NCBI GenBank assembly: GCA_963749495.1
Contig: CAVVMW010000012.1
Span: forward strand, 96,001-160,000
Direction: 5' to 3'
DNA length: 64,000 nucleotides
Source of the DNA: an uncultured bacterium
GTDB lineage: Bacteria; Verrucomicrobiota; Verrucomicrobiia; Limisphaerales; UBA8199
The notes below the pieces were generated by a model that worked only from the letters and a program-made list of their open reading frames with translations, did no database searches and was not told the origin of the DNA. Made by a program: the position numbers and the translations under genes. Positions 23,195-32,943 of this stretch are shown one piece after another. Within the stretch, counting starts at the first letter, position 1, and the number at the start of each line of letters is the position of its first letter.

Positions 23195-24033
23195 CCGGCA
23201 AGACCCTCTATCAGCCGCACGTGGTTGTGCTCTGGCTCATCGTGCACCTGCTCCTGGGCTTTCGCAAGCTGCGCGACATCCAATTCTATAAAGAGGACCC
23301 GCTGGTGCGGCGCGTGCTGGGTCTCAAGGCGCTCCCGGACGTTTCGACCCTCAGCCGCATTCTGGCCGACTTCGATGAACCGGCGGTGGCCGCCCACCAG
23401 GGGTTGAATCGCCAGCAGGTCCTGGGACGACTGGCACAGGAGGGGCTCGCGCGCGTGACCTTGGACTTCGACGGCAGCGTCCTGTGGGCCAGCAAACACG
23501 CCGAAGGAACCGCAGTGGGCTTCAACAAGCAGAAGAAGGGCGCCCGGAGCTACTACCCCCTCTTCTGCACCGTGGCGCAGACGGCGCAAGTCCTGGACGT
23601 GTTGCACCGCTCGGGCAACGTGCACGACTCCAATGGAGCCGTAGAGTTTGTGCGCCAATGTGTGGGGCGCCTGCGCCAAGCCCTGCCCGGAGTCCAGATC
23701 GAGGTCCGGATGGATAGCGCCTTTTTCAGTGATGAGATGGTTGGGGCGCTGGAGCAACTCGACGTGGAATTCACCGTGTCGGTCCCCTTCGAGCGTTTTG
23801 TGGAGCTCAAGGCTCTGATCCAGGACCGGCGCGTGTGGTGGCCGGCCACGGTGGACGGTAAACTGCGGTATTTCCTCAAGCTCTGGAAGCCCAAGTGCTG
23901 GGAAACGCCCCGCCGGTTCATCTTCATTCGCCAGGAGAGCACCGTGCAACAGAAGGGTCCCATCCAGTTAGACATCTTCGAACCCCACCAGACGGGATTT
24001 GAATTCAAGGTGATCGTGACCAACAAGACCGGG

Positions 24034-24053
24034 CCTGCCTGCCGGCAGGCAGG
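24034..24053. repeat. 20-bp perfect palindrome CCTGCCTGCCGGCAGGCAGG, copy 2
   Basis: Read directly; lies at GG^CT and causes the second frameshift. Confidence 0.95.
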
Positions 24054-24694
24054 CTGGCCCTGAACGTCGTCCGCTTCCATGAGGGCCGAGGGCAGCAGGA
24101 GAAGCTCTTGGGCGAACTCAAAGACCAAGCCCAGATGGATTACTTGCCGGGTCGCAAATGGGTGACCAACAAGATGTACCTGCTCTGCGCCGTGCTGGCC
24201 CACAACCTGGGCCGGGAGTTACAGAGGGACGCCCGCGCCCCGGAACGCGCCACCACCCACAAGCGCAGTGCCTTGTGGATCTTTGAGGGCTTGGAGATGA
24301 TGCGGCGCAAGTTCATCCAACGGGCGGGACGACTCACCCGGACCAATGGCCGCCTGACCCTGACGTTGACCGCCAACAAAGTGGTGGAACAGATCTTCCG
24401 CAGCTACCTCCAGGCGTAGCCACCACCCAGCTTTCTTAAGCCTACAGACCCGGCTGCAACGCTAAAGTGCGTGCCGGAGTAGCCTCCTTTCTCCTCCCCA
24501 ATTCCTTCCACTGGTCGTTCCTCGCCGTGGTTGCGCTCTGCGGGTGCCCGCTCGCCGCTCGCGCTTGCCGAGGCACAGGCCACGCGAGCCACCGCAGTCC
24601 TAAAGAATGCTCCCATTGGTCGCAAAAAGGGTCATTTTTATGCAACGTTAGGGTAAATCAGCAGCATATCAATACATTTTTGCGCGGCCTCACA

Positions 24695-24863
24695 TTGTAA
24701 GAAAGTATAGATGTGACCCCGCTGTTCTCTTTAGACCGCTGTTCTCTTTAGATGTGACCCCGCTGTTCTCTTGTAAGAAAGTATAGATGTGACCCCGCTG
24801 TCCCCCCGTGCCGCTGTCCTCCCGTGACCCCGCTGTCCTCCCGCCCGCTGTCCTCCCCGCTGG
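24695..24863. repeat. Nested direct-repeat cluster (31-bp repeat x2, CCGCTGT x7)
   Basis: TTGTAAGAAAGTATAGATGTGACCCCGCTGT at 24695 and 24771, plus shorter GTGACCCCGCTGT/CCGCTGT units. Confidence 0.85.
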
Positions 24864-25140
24864 TTCCTCTACCAGAGGGCCGAAGCCTTCCGCAAGCGGT
24901 TGCTGGGACCCGAACAAAAGCACATCTTCACCTGTTTCCGACGGCCCAACGTCACCACCGACCAATAATGGCTAAGGTGTTCGAAGTTCAAAGAAGCGGA
25001 AGGAGGGCCGGCCTTTGGAAAAGACCCGCGCCGACGCAGCCGTCGGACGCCATAAGCGGACTGAAGTCCGCGCTCCAATCCCCCGGGCATTCGGGGGCGG
25101 TGGGAAAAGCGAGATGCGCCCAATCGGTCATGCCTCTCAA

Positions 25141-25174
25141 CTTTAGCCTTTAGCCTTTAGCCTTTAGCCTTTAG
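25141..25174. repeat. (CTTTAGC)n heptamer tandem repeat; related tracts at 48126-48155, 48491-48531 and an inverted pair at 53842-53903
   Basis: Read directly. Confidence 0.9.
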
Positions 25175-25187
25175 AGTCGAGGCCCTT

Positions 25188-26636
25188 ATGCGCTCGATGA
25201 CACGCCGCCAATTCCTGGAAGACTCCATGCTCGCCACCGCTTGCCTGGCGGCCGGCACGGCCCCGCTGGCCGGGCGGGCGCAAGAAAAAGCGCAGCCGGG
25301 CAGCCCCGCCAACCGCCTCCGCGTGGCCGTCATTGGGTGCCGGATTCGCGGCAGGCAGCACGTCCAGGAACTGCGGCCCATCCGCGACTGCCAAATCGTC
25401 TATGTCTGCGACCCGGACCGTGACCTGGCGGCGGAGCTCTCCGCGACCGTCCAGAAGCAGCAAGCCCAGGCACCCAAGGCCGTCCAGGATATGCGCCGCG
25501 TGTTCGATGACCCGTCGGTGGACGCGGTCTTCATTGCCGCGCCCAACCATTGGCACGCGCTGGCGGCCATCTGGGCGATGCAGGCCGGCAAGGACGTTTA
25601 CGTCGAGAAGCCCGTCAGCCACAATATCAGCGAAGGCCGCCGCATCGTGCAGGTGGCGCGCAAGACCGGGCGCCTCTGCCAGGGCGGCACCCAAAACCGC
25701 TCGAACGCGGCCCTGGCAGCGGCCCTGGAATACATCCGCCAAGGCAAGCTCGGCGAGGTGAAGCTGGCCCGGAGCATCGTCTATGGCCCGCGTGGGTCCA
25801 TCGGCGGGCCCGGCCTCTACCCTGTCCCGCCCCAGGTCGACTATGATCTCTGGGCGGGTCCGGCGCCCATGAGCCCTCTCACCCGTCCCCAATTCCATTA
25901 CGATTGGCACTGGTTCTGGGAGACCGGCAACGGCGAGCTGGGCAACAACAACATTCACTCGCTGGACATCTGCCGCTGGGGGCTGGGTCTGACCAGCCTG
26001 CCCCGGGCCGTGCTCAGCTACGGCGCGCGCCTGGGATACCTCGATGCCGGCCAGACGCCCAATACCCAGGTTGTCGTGTTCGACTATGCCGACAAGACCG
26101 TGGTCTCGGAGACGCGCGGCCTCAAAACCGCCCCCGTCCAGCCGGAGTTCAAGGACGGCTGGATTTTCGAAGGGACCCGCGGCTTCATCGCCGGCACCTC
26201 TCTCTTTGACACCGAGCGAAAACTCGTCAGCACTTTCACCGGCGCGGGCGAAAGCCACTTCGCCAATTTCCTCAAGGCCGTCCGCAGCCGCAGACGCGAA
26301 GACCTCCATGCGGACATTCTCGAAGGCCACCTCTCCACCGCCCTGTGCCACCTGGGCAATATCTCCTGGCGCCTGGGCCAGCCGGCCTCCCCGGAGGAAC
26401 TCCGCCGGGAATTGGGCAAACTCAAGGTGCATGACAACGCGCTGGAAACCCTGGACCGCACCGAGCGGCACTTGCGCGAGAACAACATCGACCTCGACAA
26501 GACCAGGCTCACCCTGGGCCTGCCCCTCCAGGTGGACCCCGACCACGAAGACCTCCTCAGCCCGCCCCAAGCCAATGCCTTGCTGACCCGCCAATACCGC
26601 AACCCCTTCGTCGTCCCCAACGCCTCCGAGATTTGA
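25188..26636 (+). CDS. Tat-exported Gfo/Idh/MocA family oxidoreductase
   Basis: TRRQFL Tat motif; VAVIG, DAVFIAAPNHWH, KDVYVEKP and DYDLWAGPAP. Confidence 0.92.
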   Translation: MRSMTRRQFLEDSMLATACLAAGTAPLAGRAQEKAQPGSPANRLRVAVIGCRIRGRQHVQELRPIRDCQIVYVCDPDRDLAAELSATVQKQQAQAPKAVQDMRRVFDDPSVDAVFIAAPNHWHALAAIWAMQAGKDVYVEKPVSHNISEGRRIVQVARKTGRLCQGGTQNRSNAALAAALEYIRQGKLGEVKLARSIVYGPRGSIGGPGLYPVPPQVDYDLWAGPAPMSPLTRPQFHYDWHWFWETGNGELGNNNIHSLDICRWGLGLTSLPRAVLSYGARLGYLDAGQTPNTQVVVFDYADKTVVSETRGLKTAPVQPEFKDGWIFEGTRGFIAGTSLFDTERKLVSTFTGAGESHFANFLKAVRSRRREDLHADILEGHLSTALCHLGNISWRLGQPASPEELRRELGKLKVHDNALETLDRTERHLRENNIDLDKTRLTLGLPLQVDPDHEDLLSPPQANALLTRQYRNPFVVPNASEI

Positions 26637-26656
26637 GCTTGCCGGCACCCTCCGTC

Positions 26657-26775
26657 ACCGCATAGCGACGCCTGAAATGGGCCCCAGGCGTCGCTACGCG
26701 ACGCGCAACCATCCCCAGGCCTCAAACCGTGGACCGAGGTCCACGGCTACCTTCACTGCGTCGCTCCGCGACGCT
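26657..26775. repeat. REP-like element (CGTCGCTACGCGACG / GTCCACGGCTAC family); larger inverted copy at 59131-59325
   Basis: Shared palindromic blocks at both intergenic sites. Confidence 0.7.
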
Positions 26776-26813
26776 GTTCAAACGGGCCGGGTTGGAATAG
26801 AGTCTGAGTTGAC

Positions 26814-27440
26814 ATGGGTTCGGACGCCGAAGCCGAATTGCTGGCGCGCTGCCGCGGCGGTGACGCCGTTGCGTGGGACGAGCTGTTCGCGAGGCACTAC
26901 GCAGCGGCCGGGCGGTTTATTTGCCAGCTCGGGCTCGAGTTCACGCGCGAGGATGTCGAGGAGATTTGCCAGGAGACCTTCCTGTCGGTCATTCGGAACC
27001 TCGGGTCATTTCGCGGCCAGAGCCAGTTGCAGACCTGGGTGTTCCGGATCGCGGCCAACAAGGCGCGCGATTTTCGCGAGCGGCAGCAGGCGGCCAAGCG
27101 CGGGGGCGGCCTGGTCACGCTCTCGTTGCAGGCGGAGGATCCGGAGACGGGCCTGGCGCTGGAGCCGGCGGACAATGGCGGGTCTCCGGACCTGAGCCTG
27201 CTCAACGCGGAAGAGGGCCAGTTGGTACACCGGGCGCTCGAGCAGCTTGGCCAGCCCTGCCGCGAACTCATCGAACTGCGCTATTTTGCCGAACTGGGCT
27301 ACGACGAGATCAGCCGCTCGCTCGGGCTCAATCCCAAGACGGTCAGTTCGCGGCTGAGCAAGTGCCTGGATCGGCTGGAAGCCATTGCCCGAAAACTCTT
27401 TCCGGGAGAGAAACCGGCCCCGTTCCCGTCTAACTTATAG
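26814..27440 (+). CDS. ECF RNA polymerase sigma-70 factor
   Basis: AWDELF, EEICQETF, TWVFRIAANKARD and region 4 GYDEIS...TVSSRLSK. Confidence 0.92.
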   Translation: MGSDAEAELLARCRGGDAVAWDELFARHYAAAGRFICQLGLEFTREDVEEICQETFLSVIRNLGSFRGQSQLQTWVFRIAANKARDFRERQQAAKRGGGLVTLSLQAEDPETGLALEPADNGGSPDLSLLNAEEGQLVHRALEQLGQPCRELIELRYFAELGYDEISRSLGLNPKTVSSRLSKCLDRLEAIARKLFPGEKPAPFPSNL

Positions 27441-27451
27441 CTGACAATCCA

Positions 27452-28900
27452 ATGGAAGAGGAACGTCCAATCGAAAAACTGCTGCGAGCCTACGCCAGGA
27501 GACGGCGCGAGGAGGCAGGCGCCCCGCCGGAGCTGGAGTTGCGCCCGGCCGCCCGGCGCCGGCTCCAGCTCGAGGTGGCGCGCCGCTACGGTGAACGCGA
27601 GCGCGCGGCGATGCCCCTATGGCGGCGCCTGGCGGCGCTCTGGCCGCGCCTGGCGTGGGGCCTGGGTGTCTTGACGCTGCTGGGCCTGGCGGCAGCGCTG
27701 CTCGTGCCGGGACCCAATCGCACCCCAGGCGCAGGCAGCCCGATGCGATTGGCCCGGAACAGCCCGGCAGCCGCCCCGGCGCCCGCGCCGCTCCCGGTGG
27801 CAGAGACGGACCGCGCAGCCCTGCCGCTCCCTGCCAGGACTGCTCTTGCTTCGGCGCCGGTTGCGGCTCAAGGCAGGGGTAGCGCCGGCCCGGCGGTTGA
27901 ATCCGCGGCAGCGCGAAAGCCGGGAGTGTCTCCGGCAGTCGCGGATCAGGTCCGGGCGCCATCGCAAGAAGTGGAGCAGCGCGCGCTGGCGCTGGCGGAC
28001 GCTCCCGCGCCGGCTTCCGCGTCGGCCGCGCGCCAGAGCTCGGCGCGGCGCATGGGCGGCCCGGCGGGCCGGGTCGTTTCGAGCCTGGCCGATGGCGTGC
28101 CGCAGCTTGCCACCGCCCCTGCCGCCACCAAACCCCAGGCCGAAGGGAGTTTGGGCGGGATGGCCGCCGCAGGGCCCGTTCCGTCCGGCGAAGCGGCGGC
28201 ATCGGAAACGAGCGCCCCCGTGAACGTCCAGTTCGCAGCCCGTTCTCGGGCACTAGCGGGTTCGACGGCCCAGCCGGTTGCCTACGCCAGGAAGGGGCCT
28301 TCGGCAACGCCCGGTCTTGCAGGGAGGGAAAAGGACGGCGTCGTGGTCCTGCACTTCACGCAACTCGCCCCAAGGACCAACCAGTTCAGCGTCCAGGCCG
28401 ATCTGTCCGACAAGGCCGTGTGGGCCGCCCCCGTGCTGGCCGCGTTTCAACTCGAACAATCGGGGGCGAGGTTGTTGGTGACCGACGGCGATGGCTCCGT
28501 CTATACGGGTTACGTGCAGCCGGCAGGCCCGGTCAACGGCCTGGATTCGCTGACGCCGACGCCGGCGCTGCAGCCGGTCCGGCCCGAGCCGGAGATGGAC
28601 TTCCGACAGAACCGTGAGTTGAGGGCTGCGACCGCGCCGGCCATCACGCCGTCGGCAACGCAATACTATTACTCGCAATACTATTACTTCGTGCGCTTCG
28701 GCCAGAACCAGGGCCAGAATTACTCCTTCCGGGTGGCCGGCACTAACCGCAGTCTCCAGCAGAAGGTGGTCTTCAGCGGCACTTTGATGAACCTCACCAA
28801 TGCTCCCCAAGCGCGGGGCGCGCGGATTTGGGGCAAAGCACTTGTGGGAACCGGGCAGGAGATCCAGGTTGACGCCGTGTCCCGGAAAGGGACGGATTGA
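27452..28900 (+). CDS. Putative membrane-anchored anti-sigma factor
   Basis: Directly after the ECF sigma; short N-terminal domain, one TM helix and an Ala/Pro-rich linker. Confidence 0.6.
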   Translation: MEEERPIEKLLRAYARRRREEAGAPPELELRPAARRRLQLEVARRYGERERAAMPLWRRLAALWPRLAWGLGVLTLLGLAAALLVPGPNRTPGAGSPMRLARNSPAAAPAPAPLPVAETDRAALPLPARTALASAPVAAQGRGSAGPAVESAAARKPGVSPAVADQVRAPSQEVEQRALALADAPAPASASAARQSSARRMGGPAGRVVSSLADGVPQLATAPAATKPQAEGSLGGMAAAGPVPSGEAAASETSAPVNVQFAARSRALAGSTAQPVAYARKGPSATPGLAGREKDGVVVLHFTQLAPRTNQFSVQADLSDKAVWAAPVLAAFQLEQSGARLLVTDGDGSVYTGYVQPAGPVNGLDSLTPTPALQPVRPEPEMDFRQNRELRAATAPAITPSATQYYYSQYYYFVRFGQNQGQNYSFRVAGTNRSLQQKVVFSGTLMNLTNAPQARGARIWGKALVGTGQEIQVDAVSRKGTD

Positions 28901-28916
28901 CGACGGATTACACGGA

Positions 28917-29028
28917 TTACTCGACCAACTGGTGGTGGATGGCGTAGTGCATGAGTTGGGCGTTGTTGCGCAGGCCCATCTCTTCGAGGATGCGCGTGCG
29001 GTAAGTGCTGATGGAAGAGAATTCTCAT
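28917..29028 (-). pseudogene. Remnant of a NarL/LuxR response regulator (internal deletion)
   Basis: ATG overlaps the kinase stop (ATGA) and gives MRIL, followed out of frame by SISTYRTRILEEMGLRNNAQLMHYAIHHQLVE*, the end of a LuxR HTH. Confidence 0.75.
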
Positions 29029-30135
29029 GGTTCGGTCCGGGCGGGTTGCGGGGTGGAGGGGAAGGGGATGGCGACGGCGACGCGGGTGCCCTTGGCACGG
29101 GGCAGCGGGCCGATCTCGAAGGTGCCGCCCAGCAAGGCCGCGCGTTCGCGATTGCCCAGCAGGCCCAGCGATTCTGCTGTCTCGGATCTCGGCGTCGGTA
29201 ATGCCCCGGCCATTGTCCTGGACTTCCAGGATGATTTGGCGGGCGGCCTGCCTGAGCCGGACCGAGACCTGGGTGGCGCGGGCATGCCGGATGATGTTGG
29301 TGAGGGTTTCCTGGAAGATGCGAAAGAAGACCGTGTTGAGTTCCTGGGGGAGGAGGGTCTGGCGGAGGTGGGCGTGGGCTTGGCACTCGATGCCTGTCCG
29401 GGTCTGGAAATCGTTGGCTTGCCATTCCAGGGCCGCGGCCAAGCCCAGATGGTCCAGGATCGGGGGACGCAGTTCGCTGGAGATGCGCCGGACGGTTTGG
29501 ATGGTGGAATCGATGTGCGCGGTCAGGGCCTTGGCCTTGTCCTGAAGCGGCTTGAGCCGGCGCGGCAGCTTGCCGGCTATCCAGGAGAGGTCCAGCTTGC
29601 AGCGGGTCAGGGCCTGGCCCAGTTCGTCGTGGACTTCACGGGCGATGCGCGTGCGCTCCTCCTCGCGCACCGTCTGCAGATACACCGAGAGGGCGCGCAA
29701 CTGCTGGTGGGACTTGCGGAGTTGTTCTTCGGCCCGGCGGCGTTCGGCCCGCTCCCCGGCCTCCCGCAACGCCCGGTTCACCGCCGGCATGAGCCTCGAG
29801 AGCCGCGTCTTGAGGACGTAGTCAGTCGCCCCGCTCTTGAGCGTCTCGATCGCCACCTCCTCCCCCAGGGTGCCCGTGACGAATATAAATGGGGTCTCGG
29901 GGCATTTCTCCAGCGCCAGGTTCAGCGCATCGCAGCCGTTGAACCCGGGCAGCGAATAATCCGAAAGAATCAACTCCGGCCGATGCTGCTCGAGATGCCG
30001 CACGTAGTCCTCCCGGGTCTCGACGCGGTCCAGGGAAAAACTCAACCCGCCCTTGCGCAGGGCAAACTGTGCCAACTCGGCGTCGGCGGCATCATCCTCG
30101 AGCATCAAAATCCGAATGTCCTTCTTCACTGGCAC
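29025..30135 (-). CDS. Receiver + HisKA_3 sensor histidine kinase (frameshift ~29180)
   Basis: ILMLEDD, ILSDY, GATDYVLK, IAREVHDELGQ, QETLTNIIRHA and DNGRG; the C-terminus LGLLGNRERA is in ORF 29025..29285. Confidence 0.85.
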
Positions 30136-30243
30136 ATCGGACCGACTATACTACAGGAAGAATCAAAATTCGAACGCGGGCAGAACGATTTGGCCCCTGA
30201 AGGACAAGGCAAAATCATTTTTGGCAGAATCATTTCCAGGGAG

Positions 30244-31193
30244 TCAGTGGTCGTCTCCGCGTCTCCGCGTCTCCGCGTCTCCCTGTCTCCGCGTCTCGGT
30301 ACCGCCCGCCCTGGGGAGGGAGAAATAGAGCGTGGCGCCGCGCTCGATCTGGCCTTCGGCCCAGGTGCGGCCGCCGTGGCGATGGATAATGCGGCGGACA
30401 TTGGCCAGGCCGATGCCTGTGCCCTCGAAGTCGGCGGCCCGGTGCAGGCGCTGAAAGACCCCAAAGAGCTTGTGCGCGTAGCGCATGTCGAAGCCAACGC
30501 CATTGTCGCGGACACAGACGATGTGCTCGGCGGGCTTGGATTGGCAGGAGACCTCGACGCGGGGGTGGGACCGGGGGCGGGTGTACTTGAGGGCGTTGCT
30601 CAGGAGGTTGAGCATGACCTGGTGCAGCAGGGCCGGGTCGGCGTGGACCTCCGGCAGGTCGGCCAGCACCCATTTGATATCGCGCCCGGCAGCCTCGTGG
30701 CGGAGGTCGCGGATGGCGGCTTGGACCAGGTCGGTCAGGGAGATCGTGGTTTTCCTCAATTCGGCGCGGCCGGTTCGGGAGAAGGTCAGCAGGTTGTCGA
30801 TGAGCCGGCCCATTTGCCTGGCCGAGCCGGCGATGGTTTGGAGATGGGACCTGGACTCCTCATCGAGAGCGGGGGCCTTGGTGTCCAGCAGAATCTCCAC
30901 GAAGCCTTCGATGTGGCGCAACGGGGCGCGCAGGTCATGAGAGACTGAGTAGCTGAAGGCCTCCAATTCCTTGTTGGCGGCCTCCAGTTCAGCCGTGCGC
31001 TGGGCCACGCGCGCCTCCAGTTCGGCGCTCAGACGGCGATAGCGCTCCTCGCTGGACTGGAGTTGGCGCACATAGTCTGGCTCGGTTTCCACCCGTTTCA
31101 TCACCACGTCGAACCCCCCTCCTTGAGCGTGCGCTCGACCAGGGAGGCATCGCCGGCCTCGGCTTCGACCATCAAGATGCGCAGCTTTTTCAT
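30244..31193 (-). CDS. Sensor histidine kinase with truncated N-terminal receiver (frameshift ~31115)
   Basis: FSYSVSHDLRAPL, NLLSNALKY, DNGVGF and GTGIGL; ATG 31193 gives MKKLRILMVE, only about 45 aa of a receiver. Confidence 0.8.
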
Positions 31194-31368
31194 AATAAGC
31201 CTGTCGAGACTGTGTTAGCGTTCGCCTTTTATTGCACAGCCCGCCCTCTCGCCCCAATGGGGTGAAGACCCAATTGCGGCCGGCCGCTCAGCCCCGTGTC
31301 GTCGCCGCCGTGGGCGGGGCAGGGCGGGGGAGCGAGAACAAGCTCAACCCGCGGCTTTGTCTTCCTCG

Positions 31369-31458
31369 ATGATCCTTGGCCATCAGGCTGGACATTGCGG
31401 CAAGGTCGCGCGCATTGATCGCCGCGATGAAGGCCCGCACGACATCAATTTCGCCCAT
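31369..31458 (-). pseudogene. Possible SnoaL/NTF2-like N-terminal fragment
   Basis: MGEIDVVRAFIAAINARDLAAMSSLMAKDH, after which similarity stops. Confidence 0.4.
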
Positions 31459-31557
31459 GGCCGCAGTATGCCCAATCTTGGCTTTGGGGGCAAGGCGGGA
31501 GGCCGGTGACGAAACCCCGCAACCGGTCAGTGAAGGCAGAGCAGAGTCCCCGACGAA

Positions 31558-31703
31558 CCCCTCACCCCAACCCTCTCCCCTTCCGAAGGGGAGAGGGAGA
31601 AGCGTCGGCAGTCTCTTGAACTTCTGCGCGTCTGTGATTCCTCGAGGCCCCACGGAGATTCCTCCCTCTCCCCATCCGATGGGGAGAGGGTCGGGGTGAG
31701 GGG
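31558..31703. repeat. REP/BIME-like inverted doublet CCCCTCACCCC..CCCTCTCCCC..GGGAGAGGG; copies at 35548-35692, 44959-45105 and 47409-47554
   Basis: Four intergenic copies of about 145 bp with the same inverted architecture. Confidence 0.9.
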
Positions 31704-31802
31704 TCCGTCCGCGATGCTGCTCCGGCTGTCACTGAGGCCTGTCACGAAACCCCAAACATTTCCTTTTACTGCGCTGGAGCGCCGCACTAAAATCCGGCCC
31801 CT

Positions 31803-32294
31803 ATGAAGAACACGAATCCCGGGGTGCTCAGCCAACTGCTCTCGCCGGCGACGATCCAGTTGAATTTGAAGAGCACGGACCGCGATTCGGTGTTGGCCGA
31901 GCTGGTCAACCAGATTCCCCAACTGGCCGGCCAGCCGGCGGAGCGGCAAACGCTGCTGCGGGCCCTGCACGAGCGCGAGCAACTCTACAGCACCGGCATC
32001 GGCGACGGCATCGCCCTGCCTCACGCGCGCAATGCCTTGGTTGGGCTGGTCGACGAGTCCGTCATCGTGTTTGGCCGGCACGCGCAGGGCATCCCCTACG
32101 GCGCTATCGACAGCGCCCCGGCCCGGCTGTTCTTCCTCCTCATCGCCCCGACCGTCACACAGCACCTGGCCATCCTGGCCCGCCTGAGCCGGCTCCTGCG
32201 CGATCCCAAGCTGCGCCAGGACCTGCTCGCCGTCGAAACCCCGGACAAGGCCATCGACCTCATCGCCGAGGCGGAGAGGAAGCTGGGGACGTAG
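31803..32294 (+). CDS. PTS EIIA (Ntr/fructose-type) domain protein
   Basis: REQLYSTGIGDGIALPHAR and HLAILARLSR. Confidence 0.9.
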   Translation: MKNTNPGVLSQLLSPATIQLNLKSTDRDSVLAELVNQIPQLAGQPAERQTLLRALHEREQLYSTGIGDGIALPHARNALVGLVDESVIVFGRHAQGIPYGAIDSAPARLFFLLIAPTVTQHLAILARLSRLLRDPKLRQDLLAVETPDKAIDLIAEAERKLGT

Positions 32295-32307
32295 GACACG
32301 GGGCGTG

Positions 32308-32381
32308 GAATGACGAATGACGAATGACGAATGACGAATGAGGATCGTCATTCGTCATTCGTCATTCGTCATTCGTCATTC
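32308..32381. repeat. Inverted (GAATGAC)n/(GTCATTC)n heptamer tracts between convergent genes; further tracts at 38441-38472, 58359-58390 and 58975-59010
   Basis: Read directly; can form a long hairpin. Confidence 0.9.
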
Positions 32382-32847
32382 CTCCCGCCTCCCCCTCAAA
32401 CCCCTGCTGTCTGAGGGCCTCGAACAGGACCAGAGCGACGCAATTGGAGAGGTTGAGCGAGCGGGCGTTGGGGTTGAACATGGGGATGCGCAGCCAGTGG
32501 GGGCGGTTGGCCTCGAGCAGGCTCCGAGGCAGGCCCGCCGTCTCGCGCCCAAACACCAGGTAATCCTCCCGGCAAAACCGCGCCTCGGTGTAGCGGATGG
32601 GGCCGCCGGACTCGATGAACCAGAGCCGCGCTCCGGCGGGGAGTTGCCGGCGGAATGAGGCCCAGTCGGCCCAGCGCTGCCACTCGACGTGCTGCCAGTA
32701 GTCCATCCCCGCCCGTTTGAGCTGCGCGTCATCCAGCTTGAACCCAAACGGCTCGATCAGGTGCAGACGGCTGTGGGTGGCGGCACAGAGCCGCGCCACG
32801 TTCCCCGTGTTGGGCGGTATCTCGGGTTCCACGAGCACGACGTTCAT
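32362..32847 (-). CDS. trmL: tRNA (cytidine(34)-2'-O)-methyltransferase
   Basis: PEIPPNTGN, KRAGMDYW, FGRETAGL and RSLNLSN. Confidence 0.95.
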   Translation of the reverse strand: MNVVLVEPEIPPNTGNVARLCAATHSRLHLIEPFGFKLDDAQLKRAGMDYWQHVEWQRWADWASFRRQLPAGARLWFIESGGPIRYTEARFCREDYLVFGRETAGLPRSLLEANRPHWLRIPMFNPNARSLNLSNCVALVLFEALRQQGFEGEAGGMTNDE

Positions 32848-32943
32848 CCCTGGATGGTTGAGGGTTCAGGGTTCAGGGTTCAGGGTTCAGGGTTCAGGGT
32901 TCACGTTTCACGTTTCGTATCTCCGGTTCCACTAATACGACGT

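Larger units (their letters stand above)
23012..24419 (+). pseudogene. IS1380-family transposase interrupted by two 20-bp palindromic insertions
   Basis: LTSFGGL, TLDFDGS, SYYPL, VRMDSAF and FHEGRGQQE motifs are spread over three frames; deleting both 20-mers gives one 455-aa ORF. Confidence 0.9.
22371..24653 (+). mobile_element. IS1380-family insertion sequence carrying a DUF6788-like accessory gene
   Basis: Imperfect terminal IRs CCCTCAGTTGCATAAAAATG (22371-22390) and CATTTTTATGCAACGTTAGGG (24633-24653) enclose a DDE transposase; no target duplication seen. Confidence 0.85.

Noticed and set aside
24695..24863. CRISPR array
   Set aside because: No regular repeat-spacer period, the intervening sequence is itself repeat-derived, and there are no cas genes
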